From Chrysomallon squamiferum (lineage: Eukaryota > Animalia > Mollusca): a stretch of 64,000 nucleotides of DNA. Below are positions 39,228 to 52,624 of this stretch, one piece after another. Position numbers and translations under genes: made by a program. The number at the start of each line of letters is the position of its first letter. The stretch's first letter is position 1. The notes beneath the pieces were generated by a model. It worked only from the letters and a program-made list of their open reading frames with translations. It made no database searches and was not told the DNA's origin. The stretch is taken from contig CM022672.1 in assembly GCA_012295275.1 (NCBI GenBank), forward strand, positions 14,694,001 to 14,758,000, given 5' to 3'.

Positions 39228-42098
39228 CTGGAAACATTGAAAGAGATACTCATGCTGTACACAGTAGTGGTTATCATTATATTGTTGTTATTATTTTTAT
39301 ATGAATTTATATATATTGATATCCAATGTATAAAAAGGAATAACTATGCTTTGTGCTTGTAAATGAAACAATTAGTATTGAAATAGTGTATAATAATACA
39401 GGACTGTATTGAACAGTGAAATAGTATATAATATAGTATAATATACCTGTAGGTATAGTTTAGCATTTTTTTGTATAATAGTATGGTATGGTATAATATA
39501 ATATAGTATGGTATGATAGTGTACTGTACTGTGGTTTTATGGTATGGTATGATATTTTGTGGTATAATATCACATATCTACAATTATATTCAGAAACTGC
39601 TTCTACTGCCAACTCCCGAAAAAAAAAAAAAAGTTAAATTTCCAGCCAGACCAGTTTTGTTATAAAGTGTCTTTAAGACAGGTGAGACAGTTCATACCTG
39701 TGAGTTCTTCGAATGTTTTGAACGGAGTTAACGCGAATCTCTCTCTGTAGCGATTGAGAGGCTGGAAGCGAAGCTGTCGTCCGTGTGTTATTGTTTCTCT
39801 TAAAACATTGATTGTCATCTGACCATGGTTGTGATGGCCCATCTGGAAAATAACAAAAACATTCATATAGAAATAATAATAGTAATAGTAATAATTGATT
39901 TCAATCACCTGGTAAAAAATACACACTCATTAAAAACAGTGATCCATCAAATCGGACTTGTCTGGTGTATCATCGTTGTTATATTATGAGTTAATCTTGG
40001 CACGTTTGTTTTTGTGATTATATAGTTGTTGGTTAGCTCATGTTTACTGTGTAAAGAGGAGATTGTGTTTAAGTGTCATTAAACTTATGTTATTTCATCA
40101 TTTGGACTCATCCGTTTATTAATCAGTTATTCACTCAATTATTGTTCATTATTTGTACAAATGTTTTATTCATTATCTCTGTACACCCAACAGCCAATAT
40201 GTTTTTTTATGTAGGAATGTCATTAAACATTCATTCATTTTTTTATTCATTTTTCCATTCACTATTCATTCATTAAACTATTCTGTATTCATAAATCATG
40301 TAATCATTCATAAAAATCATTCATTCACTATTCATTCATTTATTCCTTCATTACTGATTCATTTACTGATTCCATTATAAAACGCTTGTTCCCTTTCGCA
40401 GATTCATTCATTAATTTTTCCCTTCCTTCCTTCCTTCCTTCATTCATTCATTTAATTCATTCACTCCTATCCAAACTGCAAACAATGCATTATTACCCTG
40501 CCGGCTTGCTGTCTGGACATAGAATCCACAAACTCCGTCATTCCATGCTTGATGACCAGCTCTGAATGAAAGACAAAGTCCTTTATGTTGTAGACCGTGC
40601 CGTTGATGTTGAACTCGTCTGGCATCAGCGGATGCCATCGGTACAGGTGGTCGAACTCGACGTTGATGCGGTTCTGGTACTGGAAAGACTCATCAAACAG
40701 CACCTCGGGGTTGAACACAAGCTGGTAGTGGTAGTTACTCAGATGCTGCACGTAGTCAACGATGACAATCCTAATTGTCTCCCCTGAGTTAGATTGAGAA
40801 AAAAAAAAAAAAAAAATGTTGGAAAGAAAAGGAAAGATTTTTGAATAAAGAAGCTGAAGAGTTTTTGTTTATCTAAATAAATTTGTTATAATTATGAACT
40901 TCTGTATATCTGAAATATCTTCTACAGCCAATATCCAATTTATACATCCTGCTTGCCATTTTTTGTATTTAAATAATATAATACATGTAAAACAGAATTT
41001 TCATGATTTATAGTAAATTATTTTCTGTTAGGGTTAATCATTATCATAACATGAAAAGACCTACATCACAGTCTTGTTAAACCCGTTTTGGTTTCTCTAA
41101 ATTATTTAATGGTGATATATAATTCTTTGTGTCTCTTTAAATGATGCATAAAACTATCACTTCATTAGGATCAGTGTTTAGTTTGGTTTGTCAGAAATTG
41201 ATAAAACGTGTTTTATTAATTTTTAATCTCTAAATATTTTAAGTAACATTTATATTCATTTCTTAATAAGATGACATAATATGTATTTAATTAAAAAAAA
41301 AAAAAAGTAATAATAATAATAATAGCAATAATAACAATAATAATAATCATAAAAGTAATAACACTAATAATAGCAATAATAATAATAATAATAATAATAA
41401 TAGTAACAATAATAATAGTAATAATAATAACAACAACAATAACAACAACAAAAAAAAAATAATAATAATAAATAAACAAACAAAAAACAAACACTCCTAA
41501 TAAAGAAATTAATACATTTCTTTAAAAAATTGTTTTTAAATTAACAAAAATTAATTTCATATGCAAATTAGTTCTACCACTGACCAATTATGATGAGTTT
41601 TGATGTCTGGAAGATCTGCTCGTCGTCCCACTCTGGGTGCTCCTGTTTCATGATTCCAGCGACGCGGTTGTGTTCACGCAACCAGATCGTTGCATACGCA
41701 AACAGACCGGGAAACAAGCCAAAGAAGTCGTGGCCGATGGCAAACTTCATGCTGTCTGGGATGTTGGGTGGGTACCTCATCGTTACACCAGGTACATCCT
41801 TCAGGTACGGTGGGTACTCTTCATCATTGATCATCTGAACAAAAAGACGTTAAAATAAATTGAAAGTGGATTGATTGATGGTTATAAGTCAATGAGTGAG
41901 AAAGAGGTCGTTCGTAAAGGATGAAAGTGTTTTGTTGTTTTTTTGCATAAACTGAATAATTGTTTTTAAAATTTTTATGTATATTTCAATGAATGTATGA
42001 TTATTCTGTTTGTAGTAATATTTTCCTGCAGGGAATCCTTCCAATTTTACTTACATGCACGCACATACAGACATTCAGATACATATACAGACATACAA

Positions 42099-42142
<44 letters not shown>

Positions 42143-42276
42143 ACATTCAGACATACATATATGCATCCATCCATCCATCCATCCATCCACCCAATATATA
42201 TTACTGAATCATTAACGAAATTATTTTTTATTTTTTCCTAATGCCAGCTGCAATGGTATGTTTGTGAAGAAAAAAA

Positions 42277-42318
<42 letters not shown>

Positions 42319-43003
42319 TTTTTTGTTCACCTGTGTTTTCAACCTGCCATCTTTATGACTTCTCAAAGCCATTTCAACTTGTACATTTTTCCCATAAATA
42401 TGAGAAACATCAACCTGAAATGAGAGAAATTTTGTTTTAAAAATTTCAGGTATCATTGTGTATGAATCTGCTAATTAGTTCAGCGTTATTAATTCATAAA
42501 AGAAAAATCATGATAATGATAATTAATAAATAATTAAATAATGACTATAATGGTGATAGTAATAATAATAATCAATTCATTACATATTATTTATAACAAT
42601 AACAACAATTATAAAATTTAGTCATAATAATAATAATAATAATAAATTAAATAATAAGAAGAAAAAGAAAATGAACAAAATAACAACAAAATGAAATAAA
42701 AGAGAAAATAAATAAAATAAAATGAATAAGACGACGATGACATTAAGAAATCTACTATGTATATACTATGTAAATATTTACCCCATTTCCACCCCATGTG
42801 TACCCTGGTCCAGCCTTGAGGTCAGTTTTGAAGAACTGGTGGGTGAAATGCTGGGCAAAGAATGAGAAAAGAACACTTGAACCCATAGGCTCGGGTCGAA
42901 ATGTCTTTCTTGTGAAAAACCTTTTTATCAACAGCTCAACATCAGGCAGTTTCTCCTTACCTGTAAGATAAAATAAAATAAAATAAAATAAAATAAAATA
43001 AAA

Positions 43004-43075
<72 letters not shown>

Positions 43076-45472
43076 GTAAGTATGTAAGTAAGAAAGTAAG
43101 TAAGTAAACAACTATAACAATAATAAGGTTGAAGCAAAACAGAATATAACAAAAATAGATATATCAGTATACTTATATCAAACAAAATATAAATAAATAA
43201 TATATTGTGTATTATCCCTGCATATATTCACAAATGCAAAAAGAAACAGAAATATGCAATACATTACATACATACAGATATAAACAAAAATAGATGTGTT
43301 TGTGTGAGCATGCATACACAAACATAAACAATAGAATTTATACAAGTACATACTCATGTTTAAAGATCTTTGCACACACACACACACACCTACAGTCATA
43401 CATACATAAACACACACACACATACACACACAAACACACCTACAGTCATACATACATAAACACACACACACATACACTACAGTCATACACAAACACACAC
43501 ACTTACACACACAAATACCTAAATACATATTACACATTCATTTTGCTTTTCCTTCGTGAAACTGTCTCTAAATAAAACACATTCATATCTCTTTATATAA
43601 ATTAATGTTATTATCATTTTCTTTTTTCCCCTTCCACACTGAAAAACATACAATCAGAATAAGCCAGGGAAATTCACAAAGCAGTTTAATCTGATAACAA
43701 GTAAACAGCTTTGAGCAAAGTGAAGCTTGTCCAGTTTAAGTGACATATCTTCCCTTCATGCCTCATTGACCTTCATTACCAGTGGACACGTCTCACTTCA
43801 CACCAGTGGCCTCTTATCGCTACGCATGACTGAAACTATTTTATTAATCAGATACTGAATTATTTTTTCTTTTCTTTCTTTTATATTTTAAAACTTGCAC
43901 TGAACATGAACAGGTTAATAACGATTTCTGAGCAACATCTTCTTGTCTTTTTTCATCATTTTTTTTTTTTTTTTTTTTTTTTATCACAGTTCAGTTATTT
44001 TTGTTATTTCATTATGCATCTTCTATGACATGCACATTTTTGTCTTCTCTTTAAGAAAGGACTCATGCTGTTAATAGTGTAATAAAAATGTCTTTTTTTA
44101 TGACAGATATTCTAAATTTGAAACTGTATTCAGGACAAAGCATGTGTTCACATTCATGACACATCACCAAAAATAGGTATTGTGTGTGTATGTACTTGTG
44201 TATATGAGTAAGTGCATTTATATGTGGGTATATATATGTATGTTTTTGCATGTGTATGTATGTATGTATGTATGTATGTATGTATGTAGGTAGGTAGGTA
44301 TGTAGTATGTATGTATGTATGTTAATAACCTATGTGTATGTATTTGTATTTATATATGTGTGTGTTTGAATTATTATCTCATCACCCGTGTATGCCAGTA
44401 TATAACACACACATACACACATTATGTTACCTGGGTATAAACTGAATAATACATATTGCATGGTATAATATTGTATATTATCACAGTATCAGAATGAAAG
44501 GTATTATATAAATGGTTGATATGTATCACACAGAATGTTATGGTATTTTCTGTGCATAAGCAATATAGTAAGTATGTGTAAAATGCATTAAAATATTATC
44601 TAAATACAAGGAAGCTTATAAATATATATATAATATATTATTGTATTTGAGTGTAAGCAGTTTATTATAATAGTATCTTGGTATAAGGAAGCTTATACAC
44701 ATACGTATAATATATCAAGGTATTTTCTGGTTACCAACAGGTAATAAGTACTGCATACTTCATACAGTGTATGTGTGTTATTTACCTTTGACACCCATGG
44801 GGGTGGGGCAGTCAAGTGGAACGGGTGGAAGTGTCCTTGCAAAATGGCTTTGATTTAAATGTACGGCAAATGTAGCATATCCATGTTCAGCTTCGTACAC
44901 TGGAGGGCTGTCCACAATGTCTGATCTCACTGTAACCAAAAACACACACACACAGTATTAAATACTTCATTTAGCACTAACTACATACAGGTGTCACAGT
45001 CTACTATGTAGTTAGTATTTTGTAAAAAAAAGAATACTGTCAGCTTTATAATTTAGCTTGTTGACTCATGACTAATATAGATGTGTCTGTGTGGGTGTGG
45101 GTATGGGTGTGGGTGTGTGTGGGTATAGAATACCCAAATAAAATTTTCATACAGGTTTTATTCTGAATGATCTGTCATACTTTATTATCATCAAAGACTG
45201 ATAACGTTAAAAAAAAAAAATAATAATAAAAAAAAAAAAATAAGATACATTTTTCTGTTTAAATGTCCAGATTAATTTGATTATACTTTATTAGTAGTAA
45301 AGATTGAATGAAAGAATAATAAATAAAACTATAACTTTAGCACATATTTATGTTTAAGTATACAAATGACATTTCCTGTAATTTTGTATGAAATCTGCTT
45401 TACTAAATAAAATATTTATTGATTTATTAACGTATATTTTCTTTTCTTTCTTTAGTTATGTATATATATTTT

Positions 45473-45503
<31 letters not shown>

Positions 45504-45526
45504 TTTTTTTTTTATTTTTATTCTTG

Positions 45527-45589
<63 letters not shown>

Positions 45590-45805
45590 TATTTGTTATG
45601 TGTAATACGTGTGATACTGACCTGTCACTTGTGATATACTTACTTAAATAAACTCTTTTCATGATAGCGTTGCTGAGGAATGGCACAGAGTTGATGAAAC
45701 TCCACAGCCAGTTATAGTTGATGAGCAGATAGTGGATCTGGTCTGACGTAGGTCTCAGCCAGTTAACAATTCTTTTGTAGAAAGTGGCTGTAAAATAATA
45801 AATTA

Positions 45806-45872
<67 letters not shown>

Positions 45873-46312
45873 ACAAAACAAACAAACAAAAAATAAATTA
45901 ACAAATAAAAAAAATTATTAATGAAAGATTGAATGTTTGCTTAACTCATTTAAGAAAAGTTAATGCTGCTTGTCAGACATACAAAACTTGTGAAAGGAAG
46001 TCATCTGATGCCTTTCTTACTAATTAACAAACAGTAAGTTTCTTTTTGTATATACACCTTCCCTATGACAGTAACACACACATTAAAGTATTTGTAAAAC
46101 AATATCTGTGGGTCACTGTTTGGAATGGGAAAAAGAGCTGGTGCTTTACAGTATAATATGGTAATGCTCTGGTCCTAAATATTGTGTAATTTACTATTAC
46201 TGTTGTTTATAAATATTATTCTGATTAGTTTTGTTAATGTCATGGATTAAAATTAATAAGATGTTAATAATTTTATATTTTTATATTAAAACTGAGATCA
46301 TTTTTAACTCAT

Positions 46313-46348
<36 letters not shown>

Positions 46349-47519
46349 AAAATAAAAAATAAAAAAATAAAATAAAATAAAACAAATATAAAATAAAATA
46401 AAATAAAATAAAATAACACATTACTTAAATATTTTCCTTATGGGAAGGCTACTTACGATATTCACAGTTGTCTCCATAGTAACCAGTTCTTGAACAGTCA
46501 CAGACATATCCTGTAAATCCCTTTGTCATACACACTCCATTGTTTTTACATGGGAATGAGCAGCATGGGTTATCTGTTAAGACAATGGAATTAACTGTCA
46601 AGATATCTAATTATACAACTAAAGATAATGGGTTAACCATAAAAATAATGAACTGCCTGCAAAGATGGTGGGTTAACTGTAGAGAAAATTATTAAGTATT
46701 CAGATAATGGGTTACCTATTCAAATATGGGTTAACTGCAGAGATAATGATTAAGTATTCAGATAATGGGTTACCTATTCAAATATGGGTTAACTGTGAAG
46801 AAAATGATTAAGTGTTCAGATAGTGGGTTAACTGTGAAGATAATGATTAAGTATTCAGATAGTGGGTTAACTGTGAAGATAATGATTAAGTATTCAGATA
46901 GTGATTTAACTGTGAAGATAATGATTAAGTATTCAGATAGTGGTTAAAATATGGGTTAACTGTAAGTATTCAGATAATGGGTTAACTGTGAAGATAATTA
47001 TTAAGTATTCAGATAACAGGTTAACTATTCAAATATGGGTTAACTGTGATGATAATGATTAAGTATTCAGATAATGGGTTAACTATTCAGGTCAGATGTA
47101 ATGATAATGCTTAACTGTAAAAATTACAGGTTAACTTGGGGATAATGAATAAACACTAAGGTAACATGTAAAGATGAGTTAACTGTAAGTGTAGTTGGTT
47201 GACTATGAACACAATTGGTTATTATCTTCTACTTTGAAGGTTTGTAATACATAGTCAAAATACATTTTCTATACTTGCAAAATACTTGTTGCTTTTTTTT
47301 GTTATTAATTACTGGCCATTAAATAATAAAGTATGAAATGACATCCATATATAAATGACTATTTCTATTCTAATGAGATTATTAATTTAATGTCATACTT
47401 TATTGTTAACAAAGATTGGTCATGAATAAGAAAAAAATAAAATAAATAAAATAAAAAGTATAGGAACAAGCCATTTATAAACAGGATTATAATTTATAAC
47501 TTTGGTCAGTGCAAGTTCA

Positions 47520-47554
<35 letters not shown>

Positions 47555-48615
47555 AAAATGTATTTTATACATTTAGCAGCATAATTTATAATATTAAATA
47601 TGAAGACTGGCATTTAAGAAACTATTAACCTTACATTTTTATTCAAAGTAATTTGCCAAAAGGCAAAAGAGATCTCTGTTTGTCTTGACACTGACTGACG
47701 CAATGAGTTATCAAGCACAATATGTTTTTTTTAATTTTATTTCTTATATATTTATTGCCTACTGTCCTTGCAAGAAAATGTGACACTGGAAGACACTGAC
47801 CTTCAGTCTCTCAGATGCTGTTGTTATGTGACTGCAGGACATTTTCACTCATGTCTTTGTTAAAACATTTCAAGAGGTCTGGGTTTAATAATAGCCCTTC
47901 GGATTTCTCAACAATGTGCTGTCTAGCCATTCTCAGGCAAACAATTTTTGTTTTGTTATCTTTGAATGTTAGTTTCTGTATTGTTAGTTTGTCTTGCTTT
48001 TTGTTTGAATGGGTAAGGTGGGTGGTGTTAAGTTGTTGTTGTTGTTGTCGGTGATTTTTATCTTCCTTCCATCATAGAGCATTGTTCAAGTACGCATGTA
48101 ATGGACAGTGTTTAGTATGCCTCTGGAATTCAGTGGTAGACAGGAATATAGTAAAATGTTTATTATTTATTTATTTACACTTGTTAGAGAGAAGAGATTT
48201 TTTTATTCTGTTTCAGCATACACACACACACACACACACACACATACACACATTTACGTACACACACACTTGTATAAATATTTGTGTGTCAAGATCTGAC
48301 AAAGAAACTGCTATCAAGATCTAACATCAGAAGAAAAAAAAAAAAAAAAAGAAACATCACCTGATCTGATAATTGGGTTATTTTCACGACAGTGGGCTTA
48401 TTCTGAAATGATTTCACTCTACCCAGACATGTAATGGAGCTGACAACAACAACAACAACAACATGCCAGCTGAGAAGGTCACACGTCTTAAAAGATTCAA
48501 AACTGAGCTTCAGGTGCCAGGGATATTGTCCAACAGATGGTTCAGTGATCAACATTCAGATACAGCAAGTAAATTAACTCATTGGAGTCTCTGTGTGTGT
48601 GTGTGTGTGTGTGTG

Positions 48616-48664
<49 letters not shown>

Positions 48665-49789
48665 TGAATACATAGATAGATATCGATACAGATAGAGATA
48701 TACTCTGTTCCTGGTTTTCTCATGCTAGTTTATATCCAGTCAGTATTGCCCACAGCTATTACAAGAAAAACTTATTGCACAGTCAGGTCTCTCATACATC
48801 TGTTATTGCATAGAGAGTTATGTCTGATTTACAAGCTTTTACGTCTGTTCAAAAATGAATGGTATCCAAAAGGATCAAAGTCTTACTCTTTTCAAAACAG
48901 GATACTGTCTATCAGCTGTTTATTTAGAAAACATTCTAAATATAGCAAGCTACTAAAGTATTACCTAACAAATGATGTAACAGTTTAGAATTATTGCATT
49001 CTAGAAAAGGAAAGAAAATAAAGATTCACGTCACGGCTATAAAGTGTGAGTAAGCAATAAAAAAAATTCAGAGACTTGCTTATAATTTAAAACTACTTCT
49101 GATCAATTCTACACAAAGCAAGCAACTTAAAGATTTGGTTCCACTGAAAAAAGGGCACTGTCTGACAGCAAATGGTTATCATCAACTTGTTTGGATTTAG
49201 CACAAAGTTTACATCAAGTAAGTATTAAAAATTGTAAAGTTTAACCACAGATGATTTCATAATCAGCAACTTTCTTACTATTTAACATATTTTAGTATAA
49301 AGTTAGCAAATTAAAGTCTTATATATCTTGCAGTTGAGTACTGTGTTACATGTAATGAATGTACAAGCTTCTTTGGTTTCATTAGAATGGGCTGTTTATA
49401 CCTGTTAAAGCCTCGAGACATTTTTAAATGTGCCTACTCAAGAACAGTAAAAAAAACACCAAATAGTTACTAATGACTGCTGAAATAATCACCAAATTCT
49501 ATTCTGATGCTTCAAACACTAAAAAGGTTCCAAAAATTAAAATGAAATGATACTACCAAAAAAAAGATCAAAATACTCCATAATGTAATAGACAAATTAA
49601 CATGTACTTTAGGAAATACTTTTTTCTTCTTCTTCTTTTTTTTTTTTTAATTATCATGAATATATTACTACATGAGTGTATCCTCATCTTGTGGTATGTA
49701 AAATAAAATAAAACTGACTCACATGATCTGGTTTGGACAAAACACAAAACTGTTATCACAGTTAGCAGCAATTTCCCACATGGTTGCAT
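38860..49789 (-). CDS. PTGS: Cyclooxygenase / prostaglandin G/H synthase, complete, 10 coding exons, 594 aa
   Basis: Exons 49789-49723, 46573-46457, 45787-45644, 44929-44786, 42960-42782, 42414-42331, 41834-41585, 40783-40497, 39842-39698, 39227-38860 total 1785 nt in frame. Signal peptide, EGF domain [63 protein letters not shown]-terminal HDEL. Confidence 0.96.
39698..39842 (-). CDS. PTGS: COX exon
   Basis: MGHHNHG...[27 protein letters not shown]. Confidence 0.93.
40497..40783 (-). CDS. PTGS: COX exon (287 nt), catalytic Tyr and proximal His
   Basis: [19 protein letters not shown]...[22 protein letters not shown]...QAGR. Confidence 0.95.
41585..41834 (-). CDS. PTGS: COX exon
   Basis: MINDEEYPP...[17 protein letters not shown]...[19 protein letters not shown]. 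Confidence 0.95.
42331..42414 (-). CDS. PTGS: COX exon (84 nt)
   Basis: [28 protein letters not shown]. Confidence 0.93.
42782..42960 (-). CDS. PTGS: COX exon, distal His region
   Basis: GKEKLPD...[16 protein letters not shown]...GGNG. Confidence 0.94.
44786..44929 (-). CDS. PTGS: COX exon (144 nt), includes the Arg120 equivalent
   Basis: [18 protein letters not shown]...[23 protein letters not shown]. Confidence 0.93.
45644..45787 (-). CDS. PTGS: COX exon: membrane-binding domain (144 nt)
   Basis: [48 protein letters not shown]. Confidence 0.92.
46457..46573 (-). CDS. PTGS: COX exon: EGF-like domain (117 nt)
   Basis: [38 protein letters not shown]. Confidence 0.93.
46565..47150 (-). repeat. 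Minisatellite, 39 bp core unit, in the COX intron abutting the EGF exon
   Basis: GGGTTAACTGTGAAGATAATGATTAAGTATTCAGATAGT (+ strand) repeated more than 10 times with variants. Confidence 0.93.
49723..49789 (-). CDS. PTGS: COX coding exon 1: signal peptide
   Basis: [22 protein letters not shown], donor T|gtgagt (phase 1); acceptor tttcag 15 nt upstream of the ATG implies an upstream non-coding exon. Confidence 0.8.
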
Positions 49790-49863
49790 CCTTACAGCAC
49801 TTTTCTGAAACAATAATAGTAATATTAATAATAATAATAATAATAATAATAAGAACAGTAGTA

Positions 49864-49906
<43 letters not shown>

Positions 49907-50598
49907 TAACAATAACATACAATACTTGTATATGTGTCCATTCACATTAAAGCAGTGATTATAGCTGAATTATGGAGATACTGAGTTTTTAAGTCATAGT
50001 TCATGACATTGTCTTACATATTCATATTCTTTCATTGTTACACCACTGTCATTATTACCTACCTTAATCTGAAATTTTTATAAAGGTTTATCATTTACAA
50101 CAGAAGACATCTGCTATATACACACACACACACACAATTTTAAAAATTATTACTGCACCTTAATCTCTGATTTGATGAATAAAGATGCATCAACCGAAGA
50201 AATCTGCTATGTACACAACATTTTAGAATTATTACTCCACCTTAATCTCCTATTTCATGTTACCCTGACTGGCATTCAAATTCTGATTCTTGACTTTATT
50301 CATGCCAAGTAAATGCCTCAGTGATCTTTCAGAAGAAAACATAAATCTGTGGTCTGCACACCTGTTTCCTCTTATCTGTTAGCTAACTGATCAGTTTTTC
50401 ACTTTCTAATGAAACTACCTGAAAGTTATGTACGTCTGGGTGTGTGTGTGTGTATGTGATTATGTGTGTGTGAATATGTTTGTGTGTTTGTAAGTTAGTG
50501 TGTGTGTGTGTGTGTGCTTGTGAGGATGTGTGTGTGTGTGTGTTCTTGTGAGAATGTGTTTGTGTGTATCTGTGTATGTATGTGTGTGTGTGTGTGTG

Positions 50599-50634
<36 letters not shown>

Positions 50635-52593
50635 TGTGTGTATATGAATCCACCAAAATGATGATGGATGTCTTTTTAAAAAGTTACTGATCTGCCATTA
50701 ATAGAGAAACAATAGTTTAAAACAACAAAAAAAAAAAAAAAAAAAGCTTAACATTTATCAGAACAGTTTTACACATTTTATAATTAGAAGTTACATTACT
50801 ATTATTATACATTATTAGACATCTAAATACATAATGATGTTTACCATCTTAGGCTTTGAGAGGAAACCAGCTGCTGTTGTGAGTTAAATAACTTAAGAGT
50901 TCTTTTACCCTCACCACAATACTTAAAAACAAGAACAGTAATAACAAATTTTGTGACTATTTCCATTAGGAAATGACATAACACGTTTTTATTTTTTTTT
51001 TCAATAACTCTAACCTGACTCAAATTCTTTGTTGCCGATGACATCAGTGATTCAGATTTCACTAAATTTTAAGAAAGTCAATATTCACTTTACACAGAAT
51101 AACATTTCCTTTGCAACAATTGTCCAGCACAGTGGAAACATTCAAAGCTTAATACAGGAAATACGCTGTCTAAAAAAAAAAAAACCCACAAAAAACATTT
51201 CACTACCTCCACCCTCTTATTATCAGATCAGATAAAAGGTGTACCATATGTCTGTTTGTCAGTTGCCTGTGTCTGAACCAGTGAATTGGATACAGGGACA
51301 TTAAACTGAACCTGACCTCTATCCTTTATTTGCCAGCTGATAATAAAACAGCGAGATCATACAAGGCAAACAATTAGTCTTGACAATTATCTTTTCACAA
51401 TCCGACCATGTTCTGTGCAGTGTATATTTTGTTTTTAATGGAACATTGTGGGTGTATATATATATATATATATATGTGTGTATTTTATGATATTGGTAGG
51501 GAGTGGACACTCCTGTAATGTCAATATATAGAACAGTGTTTGATTCTGGAATTAATGATCTGAATAAAATATCTACAGAGTGACTGTGACTGTGTTGTCA
51601 TAGTACTCCTTTAATGTCAATAGCATGTGTAAGTGATATTATTATCACAACATCCTCTACTACTACTACTACTACTATAGCTACTACTGCTACTACTGCT
51701 ACTACCATGCCTACTACTACTATGACTACTACTACTATACTACTACTACTAGTACTGCTATTACTACCACCATTAATAATATTATGCTATTATTGCTGTT
51801 GCTGTTATAGAAACTACTACAATTACTACAACAGCTGCTACTACTACTACAAATCCTAATGAAACTGTTGTTACAAGTACTTCTACTGCAGTAACTCTTA
51901 CAACTACAAATATACCATTACAGCTAACTACTGATGTTACTCCTGTTGCTACCACTAATGTTGTTACTACTACAACTACCACTGCAGTTGTTGCCTCTGC
52001 TTCTACTGAAAACACATCTATTAATAATACTGCTATACTGCTAGCACTACTAATAAAAATAACGTAACAACAAATAAAATAAAAATTTAAAAAAAAAAAT
52101 CTTAAAATTAGTATTTAAAAACTACTTTTCAAAAATACATTTCGCAAGGTGAAAATAAATACCATGATACTAAAATACTTTTTCACAAGAGTAAATCTCC
52201 ACTAAATCACGAAATAATCTGAAATATCTGAAGTAATAATGGATGGCTGATTTTTATGACTTGTTAGCAGAGAAAAATTAAAATATCAGGTAACCAAGTA
52301 AAAAAAAAAAAAAAAAAAAGAAAGACCCCACTCTCTGCCACACCTTGGTCTTTGTGTGTGAGGTTATTTCTAGCACACAATTCCATTAAAAGAAATTAGT
52401 CAGGTGAGTTTGTCACTGGAACACCTTGCACAAGAAAAACTCCACACATCACAGATTAGATGATATTTTGTCTCACTGCACACTTTCTTCAACATTCACC
52501 CAGACCATTAAGTGATTGCACTCAAAGAATGTTCAGTGATACAAACAAATTCAGTTTCATATGATTTCTTTCTCCTATGTTTCTGCACATATA

Positions 52594-52624
<31 letters not shown>

